64,000 nt of DNA from Moniliella sp. 'wahieum' (taxonomy: Eukaryota), in the NCBI GenBank assembly GCA_003971905.1, contig RSEE01000023.1, positions 310,001 through 374,000 of the forward strand. The letters are read 5' to 3'. This document shows positions 49,111-62,982 of this stretch, piece after piece (position 1 is the first letter of the stretch; the number at the start of each line of letters is the position of its first letter). The translations under genes were made by a program, and so were the position numbers. The notes below the pieces were generated by a model, which saw nothing but the letters and a program-made list of their open reading frames with translations, ran no database searches and was not told the DNA's origin.

Positions 49111-52100
49111 TCATCCGTCTAGCCTGGAAAACATAGGAGGTGCAAAAATGCAAAACAGCAGTATATGAGTGGTGGTGAATCCGGTGAAGGGTGGTATGCA
49201 GTGCTTGGGCGACAAAGGAGGGAGACTACGGAGAGTGGGGGAGGGCGTGGGTAGGGGGGTCGCTGTCGCCGAGTGCGGGATGCTCCGTTGGGGCATGGTG
49301 GAAGTGGAGGCGTGTACGGGGCTATGCAGGCGGCTGCGGCTGAGCAGGCTGTGGACTCTGCCCATGTCGTTGGAACGGACGCCAGAAAGCGCACTGCCCG
49401 AGGGAGCGCGCTGCATGCTGCTTGTTGCCCAAGCGCGAGATCTCCATCGAGGTGAATCGGAGCTGGCGGACAAGTACCCGGCCAGCTCTCTATCGGGGGA
49501 TTTGGGCTCGGCAGTTCTCCCGCGCTGAGCCTTGGCCGCCACAGAAGCGGCTTGCTTGCGCACCTTGTCTCGCAGCGCTAGGGCTTGGCGACATTCTGGG
49601 CGGCGATGCCGAAGGAAGCCCTTAAGGATTGTGGTGCGCTGGCTCCAAGCCAGCGAACAACAGCTAGAATCCAATGTCAGCACCAGTGCGTCAGAACAGG
49701 TTTAAGGGCATGAGACAAACCCTTTCTTGAACGCATCCATGACAGCCTCCAGTGTGCCTGTGGTTTTGTCTCAGTTCCAGGGGGGGCGTCTCGACGACCG
49801 AATCTAGAGGTTGACCAGTTTGTGTCCCGCGGGTAGGAGAGGCAAACAAGCGTTTGGGAATGCGAACATACAAAACGTGCGATTCCGTGCTGCCCGCTCC
49901 CGCACACGATGCAATCTGCATCGTGGTCAGGTCCAATCGTCCCATTCGGTCAAAGTCGGGTGCGACTTGCCCGCAGTCTTGTTCTGCCTCGCTCTAAGCT
50001 CAACGATAAAGTGGAGGCATCGCGGTCGTTGCTGCCCGGACGGAGCGGGCTGCCTCTCGCGTAGGGTTGACCCCCTTGTGGGGACTGCTGCCGCGACCAC
50101 CGAAAACTTGAACACTCCGAGCGGTGGGACCACGATCCGCACGAGTCTGAGAATCCGAGTCACGTTGGCTCGCAGAGTTGGGAGAGGGGGTCAATATGTG
50201 TCCGGCCACCCTCAGGCGCTTTTCTCGTCCAACTCATCCCCTTTTTTGTGGCGCGAGGGAAAGACGTATTCAGCAATCTCTTTGCCGATCGAATCTCTAA
50301 TGGACATGAGGGGTGGATATCCACTTCAAATCGATCCACAATGTCGATCCCACCGACGGGAGCTAAGACTGCCAGACGCCTCGATGAACCGTTTGTTCTC
50401 AGCCATGTAGTGGCGTTGGCCTCCTTGTACTTGCTAAAGATGAGGGGGAAGATTGCATCCGGCCGTACGTCCCGTGCCTTCGACGTCACAGATCGACAGG
50501 GCATTGGCGATGGAACTGTCAGTCTTGCTCACACATGTGAAGCTGGTGCCATGGACGTGAAGTTCGGCTAAATGTTCGGCTTCCAGCTCTGTTCGGCGGA
50601 AGGCGAGACGGGACTTGGCGGCGGTACGGAGCATGGTCCAGACAATCTGCTCTGCGTTGGCCTCGAGACGCAACGCGCGCTTTTTGTCGGAGTCCTGGCC
50701 CGCTTGCTGGTCCTGAGCGGTTTTGATAGCGCTCATGAAAAGAGCCAACTCATCAATCAGGTCACGTAAGGTGAGACGTGCACTCCCCCGCGTCAAGCCG
50801 GCCCTGCTCATTCAGAAATGTGTAACTGGCCTCGTAGTCTTCGTGGAGGTGGGAGCTGCCCAAATTTTTTCTTGTAATGACGATACAACGCGGGTCAAGT
50901 TGTGCGAATCGGTAAAGTCAAAGGCCAATAGCAAGGTTTTGAGACGCTCTTGGCGCTGCTTGTAAGCGGGATCACTGTACAAGAGCAATTTGGTTGCACT
51001 GTAGATCGCTCCAAACTGGTCCGCATCGGCAACCACTTTAGCGGGGGCGCGGTTACACGGACCAAATTCGTCTGGTGAATTAGATGTTCTTGTCCTTTGG
51101 GACTTGCATCGGCGTCACAGCCGTATCCTCGTTAGCCAGACGAAGTGGATTGAAATGATCGTACTGCACCATGGGCGCAAAATGGGAGCTAAGCTGGTGA
51201 AAGCCTTCCCAGACGGTTTGATGTTCCTCCTGGTCGAACGGGTCTAGAAGGCCTCGATCGGAAGCACACGGGGTGCATCGGCCTTGGCAACCCATAACTT
51301 GACACTGTCCGCAATGAAGAAGGTTCTGTTGAGAACGTGAGAGTTGATCTCGTGATCTAATGCCATGGGGTCGTGGACGCTGAAGGTGGTAAGACGCAAG
51401 CGCACGGCTGTAAGTACGACGGAAGAGGCCCTGTCCAGATCGCTGCGAAGAATGATCTGCGGACGCAAGATGGCGCAGACAGTACTCTTGCGTATCTCAA
51501 GCTCGGGAAGGATTCCACGATATGGATCGACTATCAACGACGGAGCAAGTGGAGGGGTGCCTTTTCCTCCGTCGTAGTCGCTCCTGCGGAATCGAAGAGA
51601 CGAATCGTGTCATCCAAGAGGGCGCGAAGCATTTCCGCTCCTCCCCCAGGAGCAGCACTGGTATCGGGTTTCTGCCCCAAACGCAAATCTTGGATACTTT
51701 TGAGGGCAGCTGCTCGGAGGAAAATGAGCCTGAGCCCGACGCATACCTCTGGAAACGTAGTACCGGAGGAGGATGTTCCTTGTACTCTCCGTCCAGAACA
51801 AATGGGGCAATGCACCACATAACGATTGGAAAAGCGTTCCCAATGCCCATGAAGCTCGCTCAGCTCTCGTCGACGAGCCACCGTTTCGTCCGGTACATAC
51901 GTCGGAACGGTCCACAACCCATCCGAATGGACTTTGCTCTTCGTGCGGAGAAGATCATCCGGATCTTCCTGGTGTTTCTGGAGTTTATGCTTACGTCGAT
52001 GGGTTTGCACCCCGCAGCCGTCCATTTGGGCGGGAACGAGTTCAGTAAAGTCACGAATAATGTGAATCGATCGTTGGCGGTGAGCCGTCTTCGGCTCCGT

Positions 52101-55100
52101 ACGCAGTTCAGCAATTCGCTCATTTAGCAACTTTTGTTGGACCTGGTCCGGACCTAGAACGAATTACAATGTTAGTACTTTATTATCCGGATCGATCATG
52201 AGATGAGAGAAGACGTACTGTGGCATTGGCCCATCAAGCATCTGTGTGTGCCTTCGTGGCCAAACTTGCTCTCGCCGTAGGCGCCCAAATGAGCATGCTC
52301 TCCTGCCTCTTTGGCAGCGGCGAATTACCCTCCTTCATGGCACGTTCTTGATCTGCTTTGATCTGAAGTTCAATCTCTCCGCGTAGGAGTGCGGCGGAAG
52401 TAATTGGATGCAGGCCACTCCAGAACCTTCTCGCTACGAGCGCGAGACCGCAACTCGGGTACTCGGCCAATGCGTGAGCCCAATTCCACGTAATCCCGCA
52501 TGTCCCACCAACCACTCGAATCGCCTTGCGACTCGTCTGGACCATCTTGCAGGAATACCGCGCCGCCGAGTCGTCATTAAAATCATCGGCTTTGTCCCCC
52601 AACATTGCAGCCCAGTGGGCCGCCCGACCGAGGTCGAGAATCCTGGCCGCACAGACCCGCATCTCTCCCCCTCGGCAATCAACCTCAGCAGCACTAATGG
52701 GCTTGTGGAGTCCAGTCTGGTTTTTCCGGCAGCGTTCTTGAAAAACGTTTCTTGCTGCCGCTGGTGCAAATCAACATTGAACGTCTCCACCCGCGCCTTG
52801 AGTCCGAGGAACAAGTTCGCACCCCGTCGGTGCCGCGCCGCATCGTGCTGGAGGTAAATGTGGGAGAAGAACATTGGTGCCAGGTCGATTCGATACTTGA
52901 TCGTTGCGCAATGTTGCCCAAACTTCGGGGAGGGGGAAGGGAGCGAAGGGAATAATGGGCCCGCACGAATGGGAAGACTGAGGCACTATTGAACAGAGCG
53001 ACCCAGGCAAAAAAGTGAGCAGAAACGAGGGGCGTGACATACAGACTGTTGGTGTCCTCCCTTCTGTCGAGCGAGCGTGAGAGCGAACCGAGAGTGAGAG
53101 ATGGACATGATGGTGTCTCCATCCAATATAGGAGTCACCGCGTGCAGTAGTAGAGAGCGTATCCAGATATTCGGGGGTGCGGGGAAGCACCTTCCAATGG
53201 GATACTGTGTTGAAGAAGCGGCATGAGCGATAAAATGCGTTGGGGCTTGTACACTTGGGATGGCTCACGCAATCTGGCCCACTGCAGGTCCGTTCCAGAA
53301 CAAAGCCCACCCCCATACCACGTTTCCATTGAGCGACCACACCACCTTCTGTAGTGGTATGGGGGGCAAATCGATACGATGTGGTCCATCTTGTGAAGGC
53401 ACACTTCCTTCAGTTGCAATCGAGCCCGGTCCATGCGGACGGGCCCTCAGGGAAACCAGGCCGCAAGCGAGAGGGGTAGCAAAGACGTTCAGATCAGGAA
53501 TAGCCAGTTCATAGCTCCAGAAAAGATCTGGATTACCTCGCGCTCTGAGTTTTGCGGGGGAGCAATTTGGACCCGCACTCCACCAGACCATACCTGGACC
53601 CAGCCAGCCCATGGCCTCGGAGGTTATATGGATCCCGACTTCCTTTCTGTATGACCAAAACAAGTTAGTTCCAAAATCCGACATGTGTGAGAAGACGCGT
53701 ACCAAGAAAAGCTGCACAGCCGAAGGCGCATCCACCAGAAGCTCAAAGCTCCCATGGAGAATGAGTGGGATCTTATCCCAGAACCCGATTTTCGGGCTGG
53801 GATCGAGTGGAGGCGAGCTGAATCCGTCAAATACCTTGGTAACTTCCGCAATGGCGGGGACATGGACTGCCCCCAAGCTAGCTGCAGGGGCGCGGTAGAC
53901 CGGATTTGAACAACGGGGTGGCCAAACATCTTGGTTGGCATAGTGACCTTCGGAATTTGCAGGACATAGTCTGTCCCGCAGGCACCGATACAGTCGGCAT
54001 GAACGAGGCAGGCTTGGAGATGACAAGTAGATCGCTCATCGCCCATCTGCTCAGCAATACACAGATCCGTAACAAGATGGAAAGCCGCAGGTGAGTGGGG
54101 TTCTCCTTTTGGTGGTCGTGCCGGGTCGAACGGTTCGATGGTGTCCGGAAGAACATGCACCAAGGGCAAAGGGTAGTCGCGCAAGGAGCATAGCCACTCA
54201 TCCATCTCCCACTCAAGGTGCATGGGTATAAAAATGGAGAATGTCAGCCCCTCTGGAATGGGATCGCCGAAGGAATCGATATAGTCCCGGGCCGATGGCT
54301 CTGTCGCTGCAAACGTGTAAGGTTGGGACAAACGTAGGTCAACATGCGTCATAGTCGAGCGGAAGAGAGGGGAACAGAGGTGCATATCCCGAAGATGCTG
54401 CCAAGGACGTTGCGAGTTAGTGCTCCCGGCATCCCAGTTGGCCATCACGGTGGGCGCAACGGGATAGAGTCCCCGCAGCTTGGCTCGAACCTGTTCCTCC
54501 TTCTGTCGCACCTCATCCTTCGCGTTATTGGCGACCTTGATCCATTCCTTCGAGTTGTACTCCTTCAGTCTATAGTGACGGCTTCAATCGTCGCGGTGAC
54601 GGAATCAGTGGAGTTTGAGGCGTCATCCTCCGATTCGTAGAGCGACCCAGGCTCCGGGGTCTCCCTCTCTGATATGGAAGAGGTGCTCGACGCAGGGTGT
54701 CCAAAACCTTTTGTTCGGAGCGGTGATACTTTCCGCTGAGCAACGATGGAGCTTCCTGAACGCTGCAGAGAGGAGAGAGTCCGGGAGTGATGCAGTTTGT
54801 GCTTCTCCCAGCCAAAGGAAGGCCTATTTCGAGCCGATCCGGCCGGATTCGCCGAACGATGAGAAGAGAGAAGCGCTTCCATCTCATCCTGGAAAGCCGC
54901 TTCTCGCTCTGCACGGTAATGCGCTTCATCTGACCCAACGCGCTGGTAGATGCGCAGAAAAGAGTCCAATAGACTGTCCTCCATCTCGATCACAAGAGTA
55001 CGAAGGCGCAAACGTATCGGTGGAAGCGGGAGGGGTTTCATCTCGCTGGGCGCAACCTTGTAGTCCAACTGTCCCAATAGGGCTTCATGGGCCAACTGCT

Positions 55101-58100
55101 TGGTGGCCTTGACTCCTACCGACGTGCCCACAACCACTTCGTGGAAAACGAATTGGAACGGAATGCACAGGTGCGCATGTTTGCCCGTCACGAGCAATGA
55201 AGGCCAATGCTTGGTTTCCTCCACCATCTGTTTTGCTGGGCCAAGTGGCTCCGATGGCTCGGTGAATGTAGTGGATGAAGCGGTGATGATATTGCTCGGA
55301 TCTAAGCGCAAGGTGGACCAATCCACCTCAATCGCACCGTCATCCCAGCCAACCAATTCAGCCCACTCTAGCTCATCCAGAGGCTTCCAAAGGCCCATCT
55401 TGTTTTGGTGCACAGCCCCAACCAAATGACGAAACTGGAAGAGAAAGTTAGGTAACTTGAGCGCCCCATTCTCGCCCCTAGGAAGTGGGAAAGACAAGCT
55501 CTGATGCGCCGAGATATCAGCCACTCCAAAGAAGAGATGAAGCCCATTGGGGAGACGAATCGGCATGTCCAGTCTTCCGAAGGTTAAATCGAAGGAAACG
55601 GATCTTGGTTTAGAACTAGTGGATATGCCATCCCTTTCGTCTGATTCGGACTCTGGCTGGACTTGCGAAGAGAATGGAGCTGCCGTCCCAGAAGACGAGT
55701 CCATTGCCTTTTTCGCTGCCACCCATACCCTTCGCACAGCCGCAAGGGCCATAAATAGAACATAGGTGTTGGCCAGCTCCGTCACAACGGTAGTGCAGGC
55801 TGGGAACCGGGAGCGGATGATGATTTCGTTCCCCACGCCCGTGGAAGGCGGAAGGATCACGTCAAAGGTGCTTAAGGGGACGTGCAGGAGCAGGTGGGGG
55901 CGATGCTCAGTCTCAACGTCAGGGACAGAGGGGGGCCCGGAGGCCTTCCTTCCCGACGAGATGGGTCGATCGCCATCACATTCAATTCATACATTGTTGA
56001 ACGTATGAGTAAGGCTTCTCCAGTACTCTGAGACTGAAAAAAGGCGGCATCCAGCGCGTCGGGCTCCAAGTTCAGTTGGCGTCGGCTTTGCTGGGAGGTA
56101 AACCACGCCTCGCTTTCCCGGGGAGACGTACGGACCGCTGCGAGCTCCATTCGCCAGCGGGGAAAGAGTGTGCGGATGCCGGTGACAGAACTGGTTAGAG
56201 GCGGGAGGGGTGGGCAAAAGGGAGGAAGCTGGTATGCCAGTGTAGTGGCGGGGGCGAAACCTGGTATGGGAGTTAGCACAGCCAAAACAAGAGGAAGGAA
56301 GAACAGCGTACCATCCCTGCATGCCGGTGGAGGCGGTGGCGTTGAGGAATTGGTGGGTGTCTGAGGGGAAGTATGCTGACCGGCAAGGTGAGGGCCGCGT
56401 TTCGGATCCAGCGCCGCACACCTCCCATCAAAGTCTAGGAGATTGAGGTTAATATAGAATCGATGGGAGTGAGAGGGAACCTCGTCTGCTGCGGTACCGA
56501 CCGTACGAGCAGGGGTTCGAACTCGCTTGCAATGGGCGGGCGTGGAGGGCGTGGCACGGATGTATGGGCTTGGCGCACCAGCTCCATCATACGTCCTGTG
56601 GCAGGCGAGGTTCTCCAATACTAGCCAAGTGAATGGGGTATCGAGCTTGACCCTATCGCACGAGTGCCAGTAAGGGTACCCTGGGTATGGACGTGGATGG
56701 AAGGCTGCCGACATTGGTCAACAGTAGACCCAGCCGTCATGTTTCCCTCAAGCAATGCCTCGAGAACGTCGAGGATGGTCTCATTTTCCGTCAAGCGAGC
56801 TGCGTCGAAGGAGAGACGAGAGAAGCCAGCAGAAACTATGCTGCGGGATTGAAGGATTCCCTCACGGGGTGGAAGGTGCTGGATGTCCGCATGCAACTCC
56901 CTCGCCCTTGCGATGAGGCAGGTCCGATCTGGTCCACTGACGGTCCCCTTCACCTCTCGTACCGACAGTTCCGCCAGAAGTACAATCCTAAATTTGGAAA
57001 CGAGGCGGTCTACCAGAAGAGCCACAGGGTCGCCACGTGGATTGTTCTTCGAAGACGAGGGGTGCTGCCGCATCATCCGTATCAAAGCAGTGAGGAGGCT
57101 GGTATAGTCGTCCGGCGGGTGATCCAAAGGAAGGGACCAAAACCCATGAATCTTGGAGACTCCCACCTCAGCGTGAAGCAGGGCGGATTACCGTCGTTCG
57201 GAACAAGAAGCTGTTCCCTTAAGAGTCTGCAGGGATCCTAGGGGGTTACCTGCGAGGAGATCGATATCCGTGAAGAGATAAACGCGGGGAAGAGACGGAG
57301 GTGAACGTGGTCTAATGACCAGGTTCCGATCAAATCGATAATCCGCGGTTGCTGTTCGCTCTTGCGCATTGCCTGGTTTAGTTCCACGCCCATCGAAACA
57401 GTCCGCCTTGTTTCTTCTCCAAAAGCGCGGACGGTGTGAGCTGAAAGGATGACGGGCCAACATCGAAGGATAAGAGAGATCCATCGTGAGACCCCCCCTT
57501 GACAGGGTTGGGCGAAGTCACTGCATATAACAGGCGCACGGCACCCAGCCGGACGTCGGACTGATGCACAAGCCGCAGCCAGGCAGGAGCACAGACGTCT
57601 CCTTGAAAAGCTCCGACGCAGGGGGGGTATCATTAGAAGCGGGGGAGGGTACACTTTGCCTCCTCCGTTGCGCTGACGCTTTGGCCAGACGAAGAAGAAC
57701 AAACAGGGCATTGATATCAACCACCACCGGTGGTAGGGTCACATCGGCTCCAATGGCGCGCAGCGAAGCCTCAAACGGCCCCCAAGAGAAGGAAAAACGT
57801 TCCTCCTGTTCTTGACCACCCAAACTTTCCTGTCCCGCCGCTAGAGGCGGATCAAACCCAAAGCTCAACACCGGTTCGCCACGCCGACTTTCGTCTTTTT
57901 CCATGGTCGCAAAGCGATGGTTGTGTAGATGTCGTCTTTATGAAGACGTGGCCTTTATCTGGGCAATGGACGACGGAGCGAGACATCGGCGAGTCCGGGA
58001 GAGAGGTGGAATCTGCCTCATCGATTCCACCCCAAGAGCTGCAAGTGCCCTTCCAAGAAGAACCAGAGGAGAACGACCAAAAGTGAGTGGACTGGGCAGA

Positions 58101-58904
58101 AGGGAACGCTTGCCGTGGGTAAGGTACGGAGGATGGGACCATATAAACTTGTACATCTGCCCACGACACCCGCGCCACCAACTTCATCCGCAATGACACG
58201 GATGCCGCATTCATCAACGATTCGTCCAGCTCATTGGACTTGGAGGTGGGCAGACCCTCCTCGGTGCCAAAGGAGGGCCGACGAAGAGGGTGCCAAGTCC
58301 GCCTTGCCCCGAGCCAGAGCGAGCGGCCCAGCTGAGGTGAATGTGCCGAACACGTAGGTGTACGCTTGATGGTGCGGGCTCCGCATCAGGCACGTCCCAC
58401 TCATGAGAGGGGTCCATTGGACTTGTAGGCGGGAGATCGATGTCGATGAGCGCGGCAAGGAAAGGCAAGACTAAAGTCTGGAAAAGGACTGCGACGACAA
58501 AGCGGCAAAAGAAATAGCTGCAGCAACGAAGCGCGTCATGCCAAAGCGTCCAGCCGCATGTCCACATGTGGTGAGGAAGCGCACGTGGAAGTAGAAGAGG
58601 CGTCGTAACATGAGGGACGAGGCCGGCGAGGGCGCTGCACCTGGGCAGGGATAGAGACGAACGTGAGCTGGGGATCGCTGACGACAAGAGAAATTAGAGC
58701 GTAGCCCGGATCTGCCCGAATGCCGTTCCATCGGAGTGAGAGATACGCGATGGAGGCGCTGACGTCGCGTGTGCTGCGGGCGCTGCGACCCGCCAAACGG
58801 ACAAGGCCACGCTTGGCAAGGGCCCAGAAGAGCATGTAGATGCCCACGGCGACCAGCAGGGCGCCGGCGACAGCCGCCCAGCTGGGTATGTGGTAGGGCT
58901 GCAT
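49111..58904 (-). CDS. FMP27: Bridge-like lipid transfer protein FMP27/Hobbit (BLTP2/KIAA0100 family)
   Basis: N-terminal anchor WAAVAGALLVAVGIYMLFWAL; SLRDYPLPLV; signature DPSPKIGFWDKIPLILHG; Apt1-like LLLYSDPAYKQRQERLKTLLLAFDFTD. About 9.8 kb; intron at 52154-52218; many indels. Confidence 0.9.
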
Positions 58905-59341
58905 GCTGGCCTCAGCAGCGACGAAGGAGGCAGCGCAGCAGGCGGTATGTGGCAGGCGATGCGAGGCAGGCGATGGAAGCGCAGGTGGGGTGGACAGCTA
59001 CGCGCACACGATGTTGGATGGTGGGGGCACACCTCGAGCAACGCCAAGACGGTCTGTAAGCGGCCGCATTACAGCCGAAGCCACGCTGAGCCTCAGCGCT
59101 GCGCTCGGTGAGTGCTCAGTACGCGCAGTTCAGCCTCGCTCACGTTTTCATCACCTCTAGCTGAGCAAGCTGAGTCCCTGCCATGCACTTGCCTGCTCGC
59201 ATGCCGCATATCAATGCCCTTCAAATTGAACTAGGAATCTGCGCATGACGTAATCGGACCCTCTCTTATTCCTCCGACTCCCGCCCCCCCTTGACCGTCT
59301 TCGCGTCGGCCCATCCTTGGTCCGCACAGACCAACACGAAA

Positions 59342-59946
59342 ATGCCCCAAGTCTACCAGCTCTTTGGCGGTGCCATCACGGCAGACTATGTGGCCCCTGA
59401 TTGACGCAAGCGACCTACGCCAGGTGCCCGACACTCAGGAAGTCTATCTTAGCCCGCATGACGGCGCGAGCTATGTCTGGATGTGCTCCAGCCCTCCCTG
59501 CCCGCCACCTCGACGCCCGAACAGGCCATCAAGCAGCACTTTGACAATCTCGCCCACGACAACGATGCCCACTCGGCAGCGGTGCACAAGGTCTCCGCAT
59601 GCTCCCCCGGGCCAGCACAGGAGGAGGGAACACCGACCCCGGTTCTGCTCGAGGGGGTGCAGTACGTCAAGAAGACGGGGCAGGGCAGGCCGGTGGACGA
59701 GGTCGGGATCTACCTTGCTCTCTGGCGTCTCGCCCCGCGCAAGAGTATGATCTCCTCTTGTCACTCAACATTCCTCGGCCTCACCATGCTCAGGGCAGTG
59801 TTCCTGAGCCCGACACCGTTCCCGACCCCACGGCTGCCGACAAGGAGGCCGGCGCGGTGACCGCCGAAACAGAACAGCTGTACGTGGCCCGGTTCAAGCA
59901 AACTGTGGCCTCCCTCGCCATCCGCGACTGGGGCTTGTTCGTATAA
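59342..59946 (+). CDS. MOG1: Ran guanine nucleotide release factor Mog1
   Basis: QLFGGAIT, LIDASDLRQVPDTQEV, HFDNLAHDNDA, IYLALWRL, SLAIRDWGLFV*. Confidence 0.92.
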
Positions 59947-60578
59947 GTACACCCCAACCTGCAATCTCGTGGCACCTCATCCATCAGTCCCGATGCACTT
60001 CATCAATCATCCTGCACCAGCCCCTCTGCCGTTTCCCTTTCTCCAGCCCAAGCTACCTTACCTGTTTGCTTCGGAGCTTCAGTCCTGCATCGGTACTCTA
60101 TACACCGCATCTTGCTCTTCGTCTTCGGGCGTGATGAACAACTATAGCTCCGCGCATCGCGCATCGCGTATCCGCATTCTTGTAGACCCGTACAGACAAG
60201 GGCCCGTATGGTAAGCGTTTCTTTAACGAAGTGGAACAAGGTGGACCGGACCTGGCGCCTCAGAGCCCGGCGCGTAGGCTATACTGTTGTACTTGGAGAG
60301 GAGTGCGGCTAAAACTTAAATGTGTGCGTCTCAGCTTCCGCGCCGCCTGTGTTCGGATATTGGCGGAGGCGGAGAAATGCATGACAGCGGACAAGGCAAC
60401 GGGTCGGAGTGCCCATCTACCGATCAATCTACCTGCCCTGGGCCGGGTTACTCCCTGCTGCGCCTACCCATCTGTAGAGTAGCCTGTCGGTAACCGTTCT
60501 TGACACGTCGGTGCGTGTGAGTACCGAATGATAAACGACGAAAACAGCAGAGACAAGAACGCATCGGAGTTCCTTGGT

Positions 60579-60718
60579 CTGAAGCTGCTTGAAGCTTGAA
60601 GGGCTTGAAGCTCCTGAGTACCTGAAGCTCTGAATCTTTAAGATCTCTCAGATCCCACGCTTCAAGCTTCAAACTGCAACGTTCAAGGTACGTTCAAGCT
60701 TCAAGCTCTTGAAGCTGA
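60579..60718. repeat. AAGCTT/AACGTT/AGATCT T-N-A palindrome cluster
   Basis: ttgaagcttgaag ... cttcaagcttcaa ... aacgttcaag ... acgttcaagcttcaagct. Confidence 0.88.
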
Positions 60719-61289
60719 CAGAAGGGGCCTTGCCCAAAACGGAGTGGGTCAACAAAGCACGTCAGAGAGCCCGCCCCACCCAGAAACGCATCGCCGGTGC
60801 ATCCCCCACCTGCTTGCATTGATATCCCCGCACCTGCCACACCCGCCCGTCAGACCCTCTTGAAAACAGCATCGACGGAAGTACCCCTCAAAAACCCCAC
60901 ATGGCCACTGGGGCAATATGAGCGCTATATTGTGTACTAGTCCGCTGACCCTCAGCCCACACCCGGCCGGCAGCAGCCGGTAGAAGCCGCGGCGAACCCT
61001 AGACCAACCCCTTGGGAACAAGTGAACTGCCGCCAGCGCCTCAGAGCGCGGCTCGGCGCGGCCTAGCACGCGGCTCTCTCGGCCATTTTGCCTCTTGCAG
61101 TACGAAATAGTGACCAATAAATAGGCGGCAGTCCCAGTTGTTTTAGCTCTCGATATGGACTCTCTTTGAGAGATAAAAACCCTCTCTCGGTGGGCACCTT
61201 GGGAGCGAGGGTGAGTATTACCAGCCCCGCCAACTAACCCATCTAATTTTCCGCAACCATCACTCCCGCGGTCTCAATCTCGGACGCTG

Positions 61290-62982
61290 ATGGATGTGGA
61301 ATCCTCTCCTCCAACACAGGAGGAATCCAGCTGTGAGCCTCAATGTCTGTTTGACCGTATGCCCTCGCTGTCCTCACAGGGAAGCAATTCTGGGTCCTCC
61401 TTAAATGTGGCCCAAGCCGCGAGCAAAGACAACGAAAAAGAATCGGACATGGCGCCCGTGGTAGTCCAATGGGATGAGGGGGAGGCGGCCAACCCACTGA
61501 ACTGGAACAAGACGTACCGCTGGTTCCTGTCCTATTGGGGGGGGTGCTTGTTGGGTGCTCCACCTTCATCTCCACTGTGCCAAATGGAACCCTGGATGAA
61601 ATTCTCGCCGAGTTTCACGTCTCGCACGAGGTCGGGGCCTTGATCATCAGCTTGAATGTCTTGGGCTTTGCGCTGGGTCCGTTTTTTTGGACCATTGAGC
61701 GAGCACGTGGGCAGGAAACCCGTCTTTCTTCTTTCCACCCTGGGAACTTGTTTGTTTTCCCTTGGCTGCGCCCTCGCCCCTAACATTGGAGGCCTACTCG
61801 TCTGTCGTTTCCTTGGAGGAGTATTTGCCGCTGCACCGTATGTCTCTTCTACTTCACGGCTCTTGTTCCACCGCAGTAAACAATTAACCAACCCTCTTTC
61901 CTTTCCAGACTCGTTATCTCGGGATCCTTATCGGAGATCTATGGAACCCCATTGGGACTCAGATGATTGGCTATGGGGTCTTCCCATCGCTTGGACCCTC
62001 GCTCGGGCCTCTGGTCAGTGGGGCAATCTCCGTAACAGGCACCAGTTGGAGGTGGTCATTCTGGGTGGCGACGATGTTCAGTGGGAGTATGGGTGTTATC
62101 GCCGTCTTCTGTGTGAGAGAGACGTATGCTCCCATTCTATTAGTTCAGAAGGCGAAACGGTTACGAAAAGAGTCGCAAACAACAGTAAGATATGTAGCAC
62201 CAATGGAGCTGGTGCCACTCAAACCCAGGGAATTGTTGAGCAAGACGCTTCTCAAGCCTTTTATCATGTTGGTCCAAGAGCCTATGCTAGTTGGCTGCAC
62301 ATTTTGTTGAGCTATGCTTTTGGTCTCCTCTACCTCATCTTTGAGTTTTATTCGTCGTACCGGGAAATTTACGGGCTAAACCCATTACAAGAGGCGCTAT
62401 GCTTTCTTCCTTATCTGGTCGGATCCCCCTCTCCTGCGTCGCATTCTACACGATCGTCGCGCGGTACCAACGCGATCTGGATGCCGCCAAGGCCAAGGAC
62501 CCAGACGCCAAGCTTCCTCCCGAAAAGCGATTACCCATCGTACTCGTATGTGGGCCATGCATGGCTATAAGTTTCTTTTGGTTCGGCTGGGCCAGTTACA
62601 AAAAAGCGTACGGCCCTCTCCCCCCACTCTTTCTCTTCAGAACAAAAGTCTAACCAATGGACTGCTGTACAGGACGTTATGGGCGCCACTATTTAGTGGA
62701 CTGCCACTCGGGTTTGGCATTGCAAGTGTCTTTCTGGGCACCATGAACTATCTTGTGGAAACCTACCGTTCCCACAGTGCGATCGCTCTTGCGGCCCAAA
62801 CCACGGTTCGGTGTTTGGTAGGCGGCGGGTTCATTCTGTTTGCAAACCAAATGAAGGCGCGCTTGGGAGTTCATTGGGCGTCCTCCCTGTTGGGCTTTTT
62901 GGCACTGCTTCTAACCCCCATTCCGTTTGTTTTGTGGTTGTATGGAGCCAAGCTCCGGTCTTGGTCCAGATTTGCCTTCTAA
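61290..62982 (+). CDS. MFS drug:H+ antiporter, DHA1 family (Tpo-like)
   Basis: W..GEAANPLNW, GPLSEHVGRKP, CRFLGGVFAAAP, LGPSLGPLVSG, RETYAPILL, PPEKRL, ALAAQTTVRCLVGGGF, PIPFVLWLYGAKLR. Introns at ~61838-61908 and ~62608-62672. Confidence 0.93.

Noticed and set aside
23949..58904. Programmed frameshifting or an alternative genetic code as the cause of broken ORFs
   Set aside because: Breaks are scattered indels without a common slippery motif, and conserved residues decode correctly with the standard code.
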